64,000 bases of DNA from Thermodesulfobacteriota bacterium. Lineage in GTDB: Bacteria > Desulfobacterota > Desulfobulbia > Desulfobulbales > SURF-16. The notes beneath the pieces were generated by a model. The model had not been told where the DNA came from. It saw only the letters and a program-made list of their open reading frames with translations, and made no database searches. The DNA is taken from positions 34,918 to 98,917 of the forward strand of contig JBFMAY010000008.1 of assembly GCA_040755455.1 (NCBI GenBank). Reading direction: 5' to 3'. The translations under genes were made by a program, and so were the position numbers. The first letter of the stretch is position 1, and every line of letters starts with the position of its first letter. Shown one piece after another: positions 41,925 to 51,465 of this stretch.

Positions 41925-42575
41925 CTAACGATGATAGCGCAGCACCTGGCCCCGGAACGGCTGGGTCAGATAGTCGACATTGTCAGGTTTACTCTGGCTA
42001 TGGGAGTAACCAAGACTTACCATCTTTTTACTGAAGCGGGCATGGTGGCCGCGGCCCGGATCAACAAGGATCACTTCACAATGCCGCCTGGCATGCTGGT
42101 CAATAAATCCGGCCAGCAGTTCGACATGCCCGCTCTCATACAGCAGGTCGCTGCCTATGACGAGATCAAACTCTCCTAACCCGCTATCTGCATCGCCCCA
42201 TCCCGTGCGGACAAATGGAATTTTTTTACCTTGATTGAGCTGAACGTTTTCCAGAAGAAATAGTTCAGCCTCCGGATGGTAGTCTGTGGCGGTAATATTG
42301 GCCAGGCGATGATTAAGCACCAGACTCGCCAAGGCTATTCCGCAACCCACTTCCAAAACCCGCCTCCCTGCGACCTCAAAGTCAAGCATGAGATGAGCGA
42401 GAAGCTCGCCCGAGGCCCAGATGACCCCGAATAGGGGCCATGAGGCCGAGGATATTCCTAATTTTGCGGCGACACCGCCGACATCAGCATATTGCTGCCT
42501 GTCGCGTAAGGTCCGTACATGAATATCCGTGTCACCAAACTCAATGGTTTGATAACGGATGCGCACCGAAGACAT
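41925..42575 (-). CDS. SAM-dependent methyltransferase (Methyltransf_16-like)
   Basis: WPLFGVIW.SG, VLEVGCG, TDY, IGSDLLYE, DPGR. Confidence 0.85.
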   Translation of the reverse strand: MSSVRIRYQTIEFGDTDIHVRTLRDRQQYADVGGVAAKLGISSASWPLFGVIWASGELLAHLMLDFEVAGRRVLEVGCGIALASLVLNHRLANITATDYHPEAELFLLENVQLNQGKKIPFVRTGWGDADSGLGEFDLVIGSDLLYESGHVELLAGFIDQHARRHCEVILVDPGRGHHARFSKKMVSLGYSHSQSKPDNVDYLTQPFRGQVLRYHR

Positions 42576-42767
42576 AAAATACCTATGGGTTGTGATGATA
42601 CGCAGTTCGCTTGCATGGCGGCTGATTCGCTGCGCGGTATGACCAGTGTACATGTCTTTGCGCGGTTTGGCCAATGAATAGCGAGCCTCCGCGCATCGCT
42701 CTAACCGTGGAAAGGCGGGAAATTCAGCTCTGGCACCCACACATCCCTACATCATGGGATGGTGGAA

Positions 42768-43073
42768 TCAGGCGGCTTTGGTGAATGGTTTTATTTCCTG
42801 CTCCAATGTGTCACCCATGGCGTCGCGGGCCGTTTCAAGGTCAAAGCGGGCCTGGAGATTGATCCAGAACTGGGCCGTAGTTCTGAAAAACAGGCCAAGG
42901 CGCAGCGCTGTGTCCGCTGAAATACCGCGTTTTTCCAGAACGATTTCATTGATACGCCGGGCAGGCACATGAATTTCCTTGGCAAGACGATACTGACTGA
43001 TGCCCAAGGGAGCAAGAAACTCCTCTCTGAGGATTTCGCCGGGATGAATGGGGGGAAAATCTCTTTTGCTCAT
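42768..43073 (-). CDS. higA: HigA antitoxin (HTH)
   Basis: PIHPGEILREEFL, RINEI, TALRL..FWINLQ. Confidence 0.95.
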   Translation of the reverse strand: MSKRDFPPIHPGEILREEFLAPLGISQYRLAKEIHVPARRINEIVLEKRGISADTALRLGLFFRTTAQFWINLQARFDLETARDAMGDTLEQEIKPFTKAA

Positions 43074-43083
43074 GGCTTATTCC

Positions 43084-43365
43084 TTAATGGTAGTCCACAA
43101 TCTCCACTTTAAAGGCGTTACCGTCGCGCCACATGAAACAAATGCGCCACTGATCGTTAATGCGGATACTGTGTTGCCCTGTCCGTTGACCGGTCAGCGC
43201 CTCCAGACGATTGCCCGGTGGTGATTTCAGGTCGTCGAGTTCACTGGCACTATCAATCAGTTCCAGCTTTCGTGCGGCAAGGCGTTGAATGGCCTGAGGA
43301 AGTTTACCGGAGAACCGGCCACTGAATATTTTTTGTGTCTCCTTGCAGTTGAATGACTGGATCAT
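43084..43365 (-). CDS. higB: HigB toxin (RelE/ParE fold)
   Basis: MIQSF, PPGNRLEAL, GQHSIRINDQWRICF, VEIVDYH; toxin-first gene order. Confidence 0.95.
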   Translation of the reverse strand: MIQSFNCKETQKIFSGRFSGKLPQAIQRLAARKLELIDSASELDDLKSPPGNRLEALTGQRTGQHSIRINDQWRICFMWRDGNAFKVEIVDYH

Positions 43366-43371
43366 GGTAAA

Positions 43372-43410
43372 AGCATACCGTCAAGCAACAATAACGTCAA
43401 GCGTTACTAT
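43372..43410 (-). promoter_or_regulatory. higBA promoter with overlapping operator palindrome
   Basis: TTGACG-N17-TATGCT, then 6 nt to ATG; inverted repeat ATAGTAACG-N5-CGTTATTGT over the -35 box. Confidence 0.75.
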
Positions 43411-43722
43411 AAAAAAACCTGTACGAGATCAACCGACAACATCCCGCCGACTTCGGTGACCAGCCGTTGCAGGTCCCAGTCTTACCTTTTCAACTCCTCC
43501 CGCTGGGTCTCAATGACTCCGCCGCCGCGCGTAACACCGCATTGACAAGGAAAAGAAGTCAAGTCTGCCGTTGACTTTTCTAATTTAAAAAAGGCTACCA
43601 AAAGCCAAAGGCAGACCCCTTTTTCTTTTTATGTTTATGTCAAGGATAAAGATTTGCCCCTCAATTCCGGTTCATGCCAAAGCAACCATTGACCGATTGG
43701 AAAAGCGGGACTTGGACTTGCT

Positions 43723-44229
43723 TCAATCGATTGGCATTATTGGATTTGAAGAAATTTCGGTTTCGGCACACATTCCTTCATCGCTACCGCACTCTGGGCA
43801 GGTCGTATTGTCATTACTGTCAGTCCAAGAGAAACCGCACTTAGCGCACGAACATTCCCATACAGTTGTCGACTTAGTCGTCGACTTGCGGCAATTTGCG
43901 CAACCTGGGCAGTTTCTTTGTTCGGATACGGTCATTTTCCCGGTGCCTCTACATGTAGAACATGTTTGCCCGAGAACTTTTCCTGACCCTTCACACGTGC
44001 TACATTCATACTGCACGTTTACGACGATGATTCCAGTCCCATCGCACTTTCCACTCTTCTCGTTCATCTCACTTCCCTCCTTGTTAAGACAATTGCCGTT
44101 GCATGTTACTGAGAACTCACGTCCGCACTTGCATGTTCCAGACAGAGTTACGGGATCGGTGACTCCGGGTTCATGCCCGCAGTCGCCTACATAAGCGCCA
44201 CAATGATTGCAGTACATTGCCTTTGACAT
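43723..44229 (-). CDS. Cys-rich zinc-ribbon protein with DnaJ-like CxxCxGxG motifs
   Basis: CSTCEGSG, CSTCRGTG, CNHC, CPEC; strong AAGGAGG RBS directly after core site GTTGGGC. Confidence 0.7.
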   Translation of the reverse strand: MSKAMYCNHCGAYVGDCGHEPGVTDPVTLSGTCKCGREFSVTCNGNCLNKEGSEMNEKSGKCDGTGIIVVNVQYECSTCEGSGKVLGQTCSTCRGTGKMTVSEQRNCPGCANCRKSTTKSTTVWECSCAKCGFSWTDSNDNTTCPECGSDEGMCAETEISSNPIMPID

Positions 44230-44247
44230 GCTTCCCCCTCCCTCCTT

Positions 44248-44389
44248 GCCCAACGCCAAGGGTAACCAGCGGCGGCCACTGAACTAGACGCGACTAGCGC
44301 AACGCTGCGCCCCGCCGTCTGGTTGACCCGTTTGAACAAAGGATTGAAAGCGACAAAAAGCGTGTCGCATCAATCCTTAATGGTTATGC
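44248..44389 (-). mobile_element. attC site interrupted by a second hairpin
   Basis: Minus strand GCATAAC...GGGT(C)AACCAG(A)CGGCGG...CCGCCGCTGGTTACCC-TTGGC-GTTGGGC with two extrahelical bases. Confidence 0.8.
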
Positions 44390-45172
44390 CTATGTTTCTG
44401 GTAATATTCCAGAGGCAACCAAATCGCCTCGAATTTCTCTAATTTTTTCGACAATATTTTGGGTAAAACGTTTCTGAATAATACCTCCGAAATCTGAGAA
44501 CATTGAAGTCCCTTCTCGAAGAAGAAGCATTACGTTTTCTCTGCCAAGTCTCCCACAAAACCAACCCAACTCGTAAATTACATTTGGCCTAGCTTGAAGA
44601 TAGGTTTCTTCTCCTGAGGAGACTTCATCGTCAGGTGTAAAGACGGCAATAGCGTAGGAGCAAGTTTGAGCATAATGCTCAAACTTTTCGATAACAGTCT
44701 TACAACCAGCATCAGGTTGTTGAAGTAGTACTATTGGGTTCAGTCTAAACTCAGTTTGAACAATGTCTTTGAGTTCTCGCCACTTGGCTTCGTCACGGCC
44801 ATGGATAATAAAGACGTTGCCTTTTTGACGTAATGTTTCCTCAACCTTGCGTCGCTCAAGGAGATTTGGATTACGCCTTAAGCGGGTTAATGAAGCACGA
44901 ACTACCCCCAAAACATTTTCTACACCTTCTAGGGAGGGTTGACCAAGATACCCAAAACCTTGACTGTACTCGTGAGCAATTTGTGCTGAGTATACATTCT
45001 GACCAAGTGCGTCATTGTATAGATCTATAATTTCAAGCACATATTGTCGGTACAATGGGTCGTCACCTTCACCGATGTGAATACCATCGCGAGTACGAAT
45101 GAAACCTGAGTATATTCGAGATAACTCAGATTCGTACCTTTCAAACTCTGCAATTATTTGTTCTGGAGTCAA
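44390..45172 (-). CDS. TIR-domain protein (CAP12/Pycsar-effector-like TIR)
   Basis: VFIIHGRD, IEKFE, FTPDD, QARPNVIYELGWF..LGR; AT-rich; AGGAG RBS and TTG start. Confidence 0.88.
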   Translation of the reverse strand: MTPEQIIAEFERYESELSRIYSGFIRTRDGIHIGEGDDPLYRQYVLEIIDLYNDALGQNVYSAQIAHEYSQGFGYLGQPSLEGVENVLGVVRASLTRLRRNPNLLERRKVEETLRQKGNVFIIHGRDEAKWRELKDIVQTEFRLNPIVLLQQPDAGCKTVIEKFEHYAQTCSYAIAVFTPDDEVSSGEETYLQARPNVIYELGWFCGRLGRENVMLLLREGTSMFSDFGGIIQKRFTQNIVEKIREIRGDLVASGILPET

Positions 45173-45183
45173 TTATTTCTCCT

Positions 45184-45320
45184 GGCATAACATAATTGAT
45201 AAGTAGAAACTTTCCATAATATCAGCCACTATAGACGGACAAATTTTCCACTTATTGAAATATTAAATAGTAAAAAGTGGAAAATATACTCTCGTTCTGT
45301 CCACTTATTGCGATATTAAA
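45184..45320 (-). promoter_or_regulatory. attI-like / regulatory region upstream of the TIR cassette
   Basis: Core GTTATGCC; 21-bp direct repeats TCCACTTATTGnnATATTAAA at 45247 and 45300; inverted repeat ATTTTCCACTT/AAGTGGAAAAT. Confidence 0.45.
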
Positions 45321-45530
45321 CGCCAAAACATGGAAAGCAGGCCGCGGCTTTCCGCAAGGCGGCCCTGCAAGCATAGACGTTCAGGTCTCGTTTGTCTGTC
45401 CCGCTGGCGTTTGTTTAATCCTTCCGTTTTCCCATGGGAATCATCTATCTATTGCAAAACAGCCAAACTCTGATTCTGGAATTTTGCAAGAAAAAACTGC
45501 AAACAGATGGCAGGGCAAGGGGGAAATTCC

Positions 45531-47489
45531 TCAGCACCCGGCCAGCGTCTTGAAGGCCTCCCGCTGCTGGGCATTGCCGATGACGGCCACCATGTCGTCC
45601 TGGGTGAAACAGTAATCAATGGTCGGGTTGGGGGAAAATTTTCCCTGCTGGATGACGGCGACCAGCGAGGCCCCGGTGCGGGTGCGGATGGCCGTGTCCT
45701 TGATGGTGCGGCCGAGCAGGGGGCTGTCCGCCGGAATGGTCAGCCAGGAGATCTCCAGCAGGTCCTTGGCCTTGTCCAGCTGGCTGAGCAGATGATAGTC
45801 GTAATGGGAATTGTAGATCGGCGCATACAGTTGCCGCCGCACCGTGTCGGTATAGCCCTGGATAAGGGTTACCGGCACCTGCAGATGCATCAGGGCCTGC
45901 CTGGCGATCTCAAGGCCTGCTTCCAGTTCCGGCAGCACCACCATGTAGACCCCGGATTGATAAAGAGTTTTCATCTGCTCCAGCCCCTCGGCCCGGGCCA
46001 CCACATGCAGGCCGGGTTGCTGCTGGTGCGCCTGTTTGACGATCATCCGGGTGGTGAGGATTGAGGGAATGGTGATGAGCAGCAGCTTGGCGCGGCTCAC
46101 CTCCGCCGCCTCGAGCACCACCGGCTGGCTCACGTCCCCGTAGATCACCGGCAGCCCGGCTGACCGGCATTCATCCTTGCGCTGGTGGTTCAGTTCGATG
46201 ATGACAAAGGGCACATCGATCTGCTTGAGGATATGGGCGATATGCTGACCGACTCTGCCGCCGCCGGCAATGACCACGTGCCGGCTGAGGCCCTGTTCGG
46301 GAATGTTGGCGGTCTGCAGGGCTTCATGCCGGAAAAGCCTCTTTTTCAGTTTGTACAACGGGGTGGTGAAGCCGGAGACAAAAGGGGTGGCCACCATGCT
46401 GATCACCGCCGTGGCCAGCACGAAGGAGTACATGTCGTTGTCGATGGATTTGGTTTCCAGCCCGACCCGGGCCAGGACAAAGGAAAACTCGCCCACCTGG
46501 AAAAGCCCGAAGGCCACGGCGATGGGCACCACGTTGCTGTAGCCGAACAGGCGGGTGAGCCCGGCAAAGATCACCCCCTTGCCCACCGACACGAGCAGCA
46601 CCATGAACAGCACCTTGTCCCAGTGGGCGAAGAGAAAGTTGATGTCGAGCAGCATGCCCACCGAGGTGAAAAAGAGCAGGCCGAAGATGTCGCGCAGGGG
46701 GATAATGTCGCTCAGGGCCTGATGGCCGTAATCGGATTCGCTGAGCACCATGCCGGCGACAAAGGCGCCGAAAGCAAACGACAGGCCGAACAGATAGGTG
46801 ACATAGCCGATGCCGAGACCCGTGGCCGTGATGGTCAGGATGAACAGCTCCCGGGAGTTCCAGCCGGCGATATAGGCCAGGACCCGGGGCAGCAGCCTGG
46901 TGCCCAGGTAAAACATCAGAAAGAGGAACAGGGCCGACTTCAATGCGGCCAGGCCGAGGATGGGCAGGCCGGCGGCGGGATCGCTCAGCTGCGGCAGGAT
47001 GATCATCAGCGGCACCACGGCCAGGTCCTGCACGATCAGCATGCCGATCATCACCCGGCTGGAAAGCGTCCCCATCCACCCCTGATTCATCAGGGTTTTC
47101 AGCAGGACCATGGTGCTCGACAGGGAAATGAGTGCCCCGAACCACAGGGATTCGCCCGCTGTCCAGCCGTAGAATTTCCCCAGGGTGAAGCCCAGGCCCA
47201 TGGTCAGCAGAATCTGGATGGGGGTGCCGATCAGGGCGACATGGCGCACCGGTTTGAGCTCTTTGAGCGAGAACTCCAGTCCCAGGGCGAAAAGCAGGAG
47301 GGCCACGCCGATTTCCGCCAGCAGCTCGATCTGATGGATGTCCTTGACGGTCACCCCGGCGGTATAGGGGCCGATGGCGATGCCGGCCAGAATGTAGCCC
47401 AGGATCAGCGGCTGCCTCAGTTTTTGGGCAATGATGCCGCCGATAAAGGCGGCGATGACGATGGTGATGATATCTGCTGCGATTCCCAT
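45531..47489 (-). CDS. CPA2-family (Kef-type) cation/proton antiporter with TrkA-N and TrkA-C domains
   Basis: [40 protein letters not shown]. Confidence 0.93.
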   Translation of the reverse strand: MGIAADIITIVIAAFIGGIIAQKLRQPLILGYILAGIAIGPYTAGVTVKDIHQIELLAEIGVALLLFALGLEFSLKELKPVRHVALIGTPIQILLTMGLGFTLGKFYGWTAGESLWFGALISLSSTMVLLKTLMNQGWMGTLSSRVMIGMLIVQDLAVVPLMIILPQLSDPAAGLPILGLAALKSALFLFLMFYLGTRLLPRVLAYIAGWNSRELFILTITATGLGIGYVTYLFGLSFAFGAFVAGMVLSESDYGHQALSDIIPLRDIFGLLFFTSVGMLLDINFLFAHWDKVLFMVLLVSVGKGVIFAGLTRLFGYSNVVPIAVAFGLFQVGEFSFVLARVGLETKSIDNDMYSFVLATAVISMVATPFVSGFTTPLYKLKKRLFRHEALQTANIPEQGLSRHVVIAGGGRVGQHIAHILKQIDVPFVIIELNHQRKDECRSAGLPVIYGDVSQPVVLEAAEVSRAKLLLITIPSILTTRMIVKQAHQQQPGLHVVARAEGLEQMKTLYQSGVYMVVLPELEAGLEIARQALMHLQVPVTLIQGYTDTVRRQLYAPIYNSHYDYHLLSQLDKAKDLLEISWLTIPADSPLLGRTIKDTAIRTRTGASLVAVIQQGKFSPNPTIDYCFTQDDMVAVIGNAQQREAFKTLAGC

Positions 47490-47575
47490 GCGGCAACTTT
47501 GTTAAGGATTATTTCCGGCCGGTCCTGCACTGGCAGGCAGAGTTGCATTGTATCACGATCGAGGGCAAAAAATCA

Positions 47576-49687
47576 TCAGGCCTCAACGGATTTTTCCTTG
47601 TCTTCATCGTGCTCCGGTTCTTTGGAGACAGGCAGATCCAGGGTGGCAACCGTGGGATTGCCGGGTGTGCTGGTCAAGGCCAGGTGGCCGTGGTGATCCC
47701 GCACCAGGCCCTTGCTGATGCTGAGGCCCAGGCCGGTGCCCTTGCCAGGCGGCTTGGTGGTGAAAAGGGTGTCGAAAATATGGTTTATCACGTCCTGGGC
47801 GATTCCCGTTCCCCAGTCGGTAACCGTGGTTCTGATAAAATCCCGCCCTTCCATATTGACCACGCTGCTTGCGATCTCCAGCCGTTTTTCCGAAGAGCGG
47901 CCCGGATACTTCTGGTTCAGGGCGTAACAGGCGTTGGTCAGCAGATTGACCAGAACCTGCTGCAGCTGCTGCGGGTTGCCTTTCAGGGCAGGAAGCTCTG
48001 CCGGGACATTGACCGACAGCTGAATGCCGTCCTTCTGGATCTGATGCATGAGCAGGGCAAGGCTGTCCTTGATGATGTCATGGATATGGACCCCGTCAAT
48101 GAATTCATCCCGCTGCCGGGCAAAGGAAAGAAGGTTGCGGACGATGAGGGCAATGCGTTCCCCTTCCTTGATGATGCGGCTCATGATGTCTTTCTGGGTG
48201 GGATCGCTCTTTTCATCGCATTCGAAATCGTCAAGCAGGAGCTGGCTGTAGTTGATGATGCCGTTGATGGGGTTGTTGATTTCATGGGCCACGCCGGCGG
48301 CCAGTTCGCCGATGGCCGCCAGCTGCCCTGCCCGCAGCGCTTCGGTCTTTCTGATTTTTTCCACGGTGATGTCCCGCACCGTGGCGATCAGCAGCTGGGC
48401 CAGCCCCAGCTCCATTTCGCTGAGCGATATGGCAATGGGCAGCGTCGAGCCGTCCCGGCGCTTGCCGGTCAGCTCATTCTGGGGCCCGGTGGCGTCCCGG
48501 ATATTGAAGTCCGGCCCTTTCTGCTGCTTGCCGGACCAGTCACGGGTTGAGGGGAACTCGATAAGCATATCGATATTCTGGCCGACAAGCTCACTGGCTT
48601 TGTAGCCGAACATCTTGCAGGCGGCGCTGTTCACCGATTCTATGATGCCATTGGGATGCATGGTGATCAGGCCGTCCAGCATGTTGTCGATGATGGATTT
48701 GGTTTTCGCCTCAGCCTGGTCCCGTTCCAGGATGGACTGGTTAATCCGGTAGGATTCCAGAAAAATTCCGAGCAGCCCCAGGATCCACAGGGAGCCGTGG
48801 GCCAGGGAAAACATGAAGATATCTTTCCGGTTGAGGGAAAACAGCAGGGACATGGGCACGGAAACGCTGATGCCGCCGCGGATACTGTCCAGATGATAAC
48901 CCTGCCGGGCATGACATTTCAGGCAGCCGCGTTCGGTAATCATCGGCCGCATCAGGCGCAGATAGGGCTCGCCGTTGATCTGTTCAACGGAGTAGACTTC
49001 TTTTATTCCTTTTTCAAATTTCTTGAGGGCCTTTGTCTCCCAGGGGTCGGCGGCGTTTTCCGCACGGATCGGGTTAAGGCTGGTGATGTGGCCGAGGATT
49101 CCCGATGCCGGAGTCTGCATTTCATAAACCTGGCGGATCATGTATTCCGGATTGATCATGGTTAGTTCCGTGCCGGCTGAGGTAAGTCCCTCAAACTCCG
49201 GCAGGTGCTGCAGATACGGATTGGGCGGGGTCTTGTCCGTTATCGGCACAAAGACCCGGTCGTGTTCGGTGGCCCAGCGGTAATAAACCAGATCCTTCTG
49301 ATATATTGTTCTCGCCTGGTTGATGCCTACCTCAAGGGCATCCTGCTGCTGGCGGACAATATTCCAGATAAGCGACGAGATGACGATGAGGGTCCAGAAG
49401 GCGGCGTAAATGCCCACATAGGCCTTTAGCCGGGGAGTCAGGGTAGAGGTTGTGGTCGGCCCCTGGATATAGCTTTTTTCGATCAGGACACAGAGGATCA
49501 TGGTCAGAAATGACAGCATGCTGCCGACAATCCAATGTTCTTCATGAAAATAGGACAGTTCCGGATGGCGGACAAGATCGACCAGGGGGATTAAGTTGCC
49601 CACCAGAACGGCCATCAGGAAATAGGTCAGAAACCTGAGGTGTCTTCGCGTGGTTCTTAAAAAAATCCTTAACTTACGTCTGTCCAT
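47576..49687 (-). CDS. Sensor histidine kinase with heme-c (DUF3365-like) and PAS domains
   Basis: TM segments, TSLNP...DPWE, CLKCH, PAS, GVAHEINNP, NLLTNA, GTGLGL. Confidence 0.9.
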   Translation of the reverse strand: MDRRKLRIFLRTTRRHLRFLTYFLMAVLVGNLIPLVDLVRHPELSYFHEEHWIVGSMLSFLTMILCVLIEKSYIQGPTTTSTLTPRLKAYVGIYAAFWTLIVISSLIWNIVRQQQDALEVGINQARTIYQKDLVYYRWATEHDRVFVPITDKTPPNPYLQHLPEFEGLTSAGTELTMINPEYMIRQVYEMQTPASGILGHITSLNPIRAENAADPWETKALKKFEKGIKEVYSVEQINGEPYLRLMRPMITERGCLKCHARQGYHLDSIRGGISVSVPMSLLFSLNRKDIFMFSLAHGSLWILGLLGIFLESYRINQSILERDQAEAKTKSIIDNMLDGLITMHPNGIIESVNSAACKMFGYKASELVGQNIDMLIEFPSTRDWSGKQQKGPDFNIRDATGPQNELTGKRRDGSTLPIAISLSEMELGLAQLLIATVRDITVEKIRKTEALRAGQLAAIGELAAGVAHEINNPINGIINYSQLLLDDFECDEKSDPTQKDIMSRIIKEGERIALIVRNLLSFARQRDEFIDGVHIHDIIKDSLALLMHQIQKDGIQLSVNVPAELPALKGNPQQLQQVLVNLLTNACYALNQKYPGRSSEKRLEIASSVVNMEGRDFIRTTVTDWGTGIAQDVINHIFDTLFTTKPPGKGTGLGLSISKGLVRDHHGHLALTSTPGNPTVATLDLPVSKEPEHDEDKEKSVEA

Positions 49688-50338
49688 GTAACGTCCATCC
49701 GATAGCGAGTAAGGAGTGCATGCAGGTTGCCTGTAAGTTCATCTACTAAATAATCCGCGCAAAAAGCTACATTTTTTTTGTGTTTTCGGCTGTTTTCTCG
49801 TGGAAATGACATGCACTGATGCATGACGGGGGCCCGGGGCCAGGAAATTTCAAATCATAATTATAATTGTCCATCTTCGGCAGCAGCTTGCCGGGTTGTC
49901 AGGTATTGGCTGCTTGCCATGGCTGTGCATGCGATGTGTGTTTGCCTGGGGGGCCGGGGTAAGCTCAGGGGCTGCTCTTCAAGGTCAGGAATAATGGCTT
50001 TTCCGGATGTCCGTAAAAAAGCTGTCCAGCTGGCCATGCCTGGAGCCGGCATGGCAGCTGCCGTTTGTTGATTTTGCTGGATAAGATGGCATGGTGGTTA
50101 CTTTGTTGAAAAAATAGTATTGTGTAAGTTAACTGTAAGATTATTTCTGGTAAACTGAAAGAAAAATAGTCAAGATTGTAACCTCAACCGTAACAGGGCG
50201 GGCAGAGGGTCTTTAGAAATAATTTTTTCCCGTCAGGAGATGGGGCGGGTTGTTGGGCGGGCATCAGCTAGAGATGAGGAGTGAAGAAGCTAAGTTGGTC
50301 AAATGAGCATTAAAAATGAGCCTTAAAAGGAGAGAAAA

Positions 50339-50653
50339 ATGAAGAAATTACTGTTAACGGGTTTGGCAATCGCTTCCTTTGGTATGATTCTGCCGTCAGC
50401 TGCCAATGCAACATGCACCATTACCGGAGAGGTATTCAGGGTGGTTGACACGGCTACGGCGACAACCGCTTATATCAAGGCAGTGCCGCTGTCGGGCGTG
50501 TATTATATAGCCACGTCACTGGATTCTGATTTGAGGGATGCCCTGCGTAGCTGTGAAAATTCCGGGCATAGATGTGCTGTGATTGGTTCTATAGCTTCAT
50601 GCCCCGCGGGCGGCAGCATAGGGACGGCAACCACGGTTTATGCAAATCCATAA
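50339..50653 (+). CDS. Small secreted protein with four Cys
   Basis: AAGGAG RBS; 24-aa signal peptide ending ANA; 80-aa mature part. Confidence 0.75.
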   Translation: MKKLLLTGLAIASFGMILPSAANATCTITGEVFRVVDTATATTAYIKAVPLSGVYYIATSLDSDLRDALRSCENSGHRCAVIGSIASCPAGGSIGTATTVYANP

Positions 50654-50686
50654 TATGCATCATTGCTAGCGTTACTCCATCTCCAG

Positions 50687-50723
50687 GTGGTTCCCTTGCT
50701 GGATAAGGCAGGAAGGGAACCAC
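50687..50723 (+). terminator. Strong hairpin after the small secreted gene
   Basis: GTGGTTCCCTT...AAGGGAACCAC, 11-bp perfect stem. Confidence 0.6.
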
Positions 50724-50753
50724 AAATTTTATCAGCTCGTCCGGGGCAATAAC

Positions 50754-51449
50754 ATGGCGGAAAAGTTCAGCATCAAAAGGTTGATGGAAAGCTTGAGTAT
50801 GCCGTTGGGCATTGTGGCAGCTCTCGCGCTGTTGCTGCTGTTATTTACCGGCACCCAATTTGACCGGAAAACTCCCCCAGCCACTCCGCGGATTGCCGAG
50901 GAAGAAGGAAAAATACCGCCGCAAGGCTCAGGGGCGGTGAGTTCAACCACTGGAATGCGGCCGCCGGTTTCCCCGGGGGCGGATCTGCGGGAAAAAGACT
51001 CTTCCGGCCCGAAAAACAGCCAGGCCAAGCAGTTAACCAGGAAAAACAGCCTGCTGTCTTCTCAGGACAGCGGAGCTTATCAGGCGGATGACGTCGAGGA
51101 GCATCTCCTGGCGGTGGAAGATGCAGGATTTCTTGAGGAAGAAAGCCTGGCTGGTACTGAAGGAGCTCTTTATACGGAAGCACAGCTCGCTGAGCTTGAT
51201 GCTGAGACGATAGCTCTTGTTGAAGAAGAAATCCGGCAGGCCCGGGAATACCAGCCGGAGGTTGAAGTGGAATTTGATGAGGAGGAGCTGGAGAGTGCCC
51301 TGGCGGAAGAAGCTGCCGCCCTCGAGGAGGAGCACCGGCTTTATCCTGAAGGAAGGCTCTATACCGAGGCACAGCTCGCTGAACTTGATCCTGAGACGAG
51401 AAGGCTTGTTGAGGAAGAGGTCAGGCAGGCGTCGGAAACAGCCAATTGA
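50754..51449 (+). CDS. Membrane-anchored acidic protein with an internal repeat
   Basis: N-terminal TM; two copies of EGxLYTEAQLAELDxETxxLVEEExRQAxE. Confidence 0.7.
   Translation: MAEKFSIKRLMESLSMPLGIVAALALLLLLFTGTQFDRKTPPATPRIAEEEGKIPPQGSGAVSSTTGMRPPVSPGADLREKDSSGPKNSQAKQLTRKNSLLSSQDSGAYQADDVEEHLLAVEDAGFLEEESLAGTEGALYTEAQLAELDAETIALVEEEIRQAREYQPEVEVEFDEEELESALAEEAAALEEEHRLYPEGRLYTEAQLAELDPETRRLVEEEVRQASETAN
51157..51438 (+). repeat. Intragenic direct repeat, 189-bp period
   Basis: CTGAAGGA...CACAGCTCGCTGA.CTTGAT.CTGAGACGA starting at 51157 and 51346. Confidence 0.85.
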
Positions 51450-51465
51450 GGTTGGAGTCGACTTA

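Noticed and set aside
41925..42705. Methyltransferase as another integron cassette (GTTAGAG upstream on the minus strand)
   Set aside because: No matching inverse core or attC hairpin after the stop codon.
43631..44194. 187-aa plus-strand ORF
   Set aside because: It is antisense to the Cys-rich ORF, which has the RBS, the motifs and the cassette orientation.
45277..45615. ORF in the position expected for intI
   Set aside because: No tyrosine-recombinase motifs, short, and it overlaps the antiporter 3' end.
51157..51438. Direct repeats as a CRISPR array
   Set aside because: Only two copies, in frame, with mostly codon-level divergence; no cas genes and no repeat-spacer array in the window.
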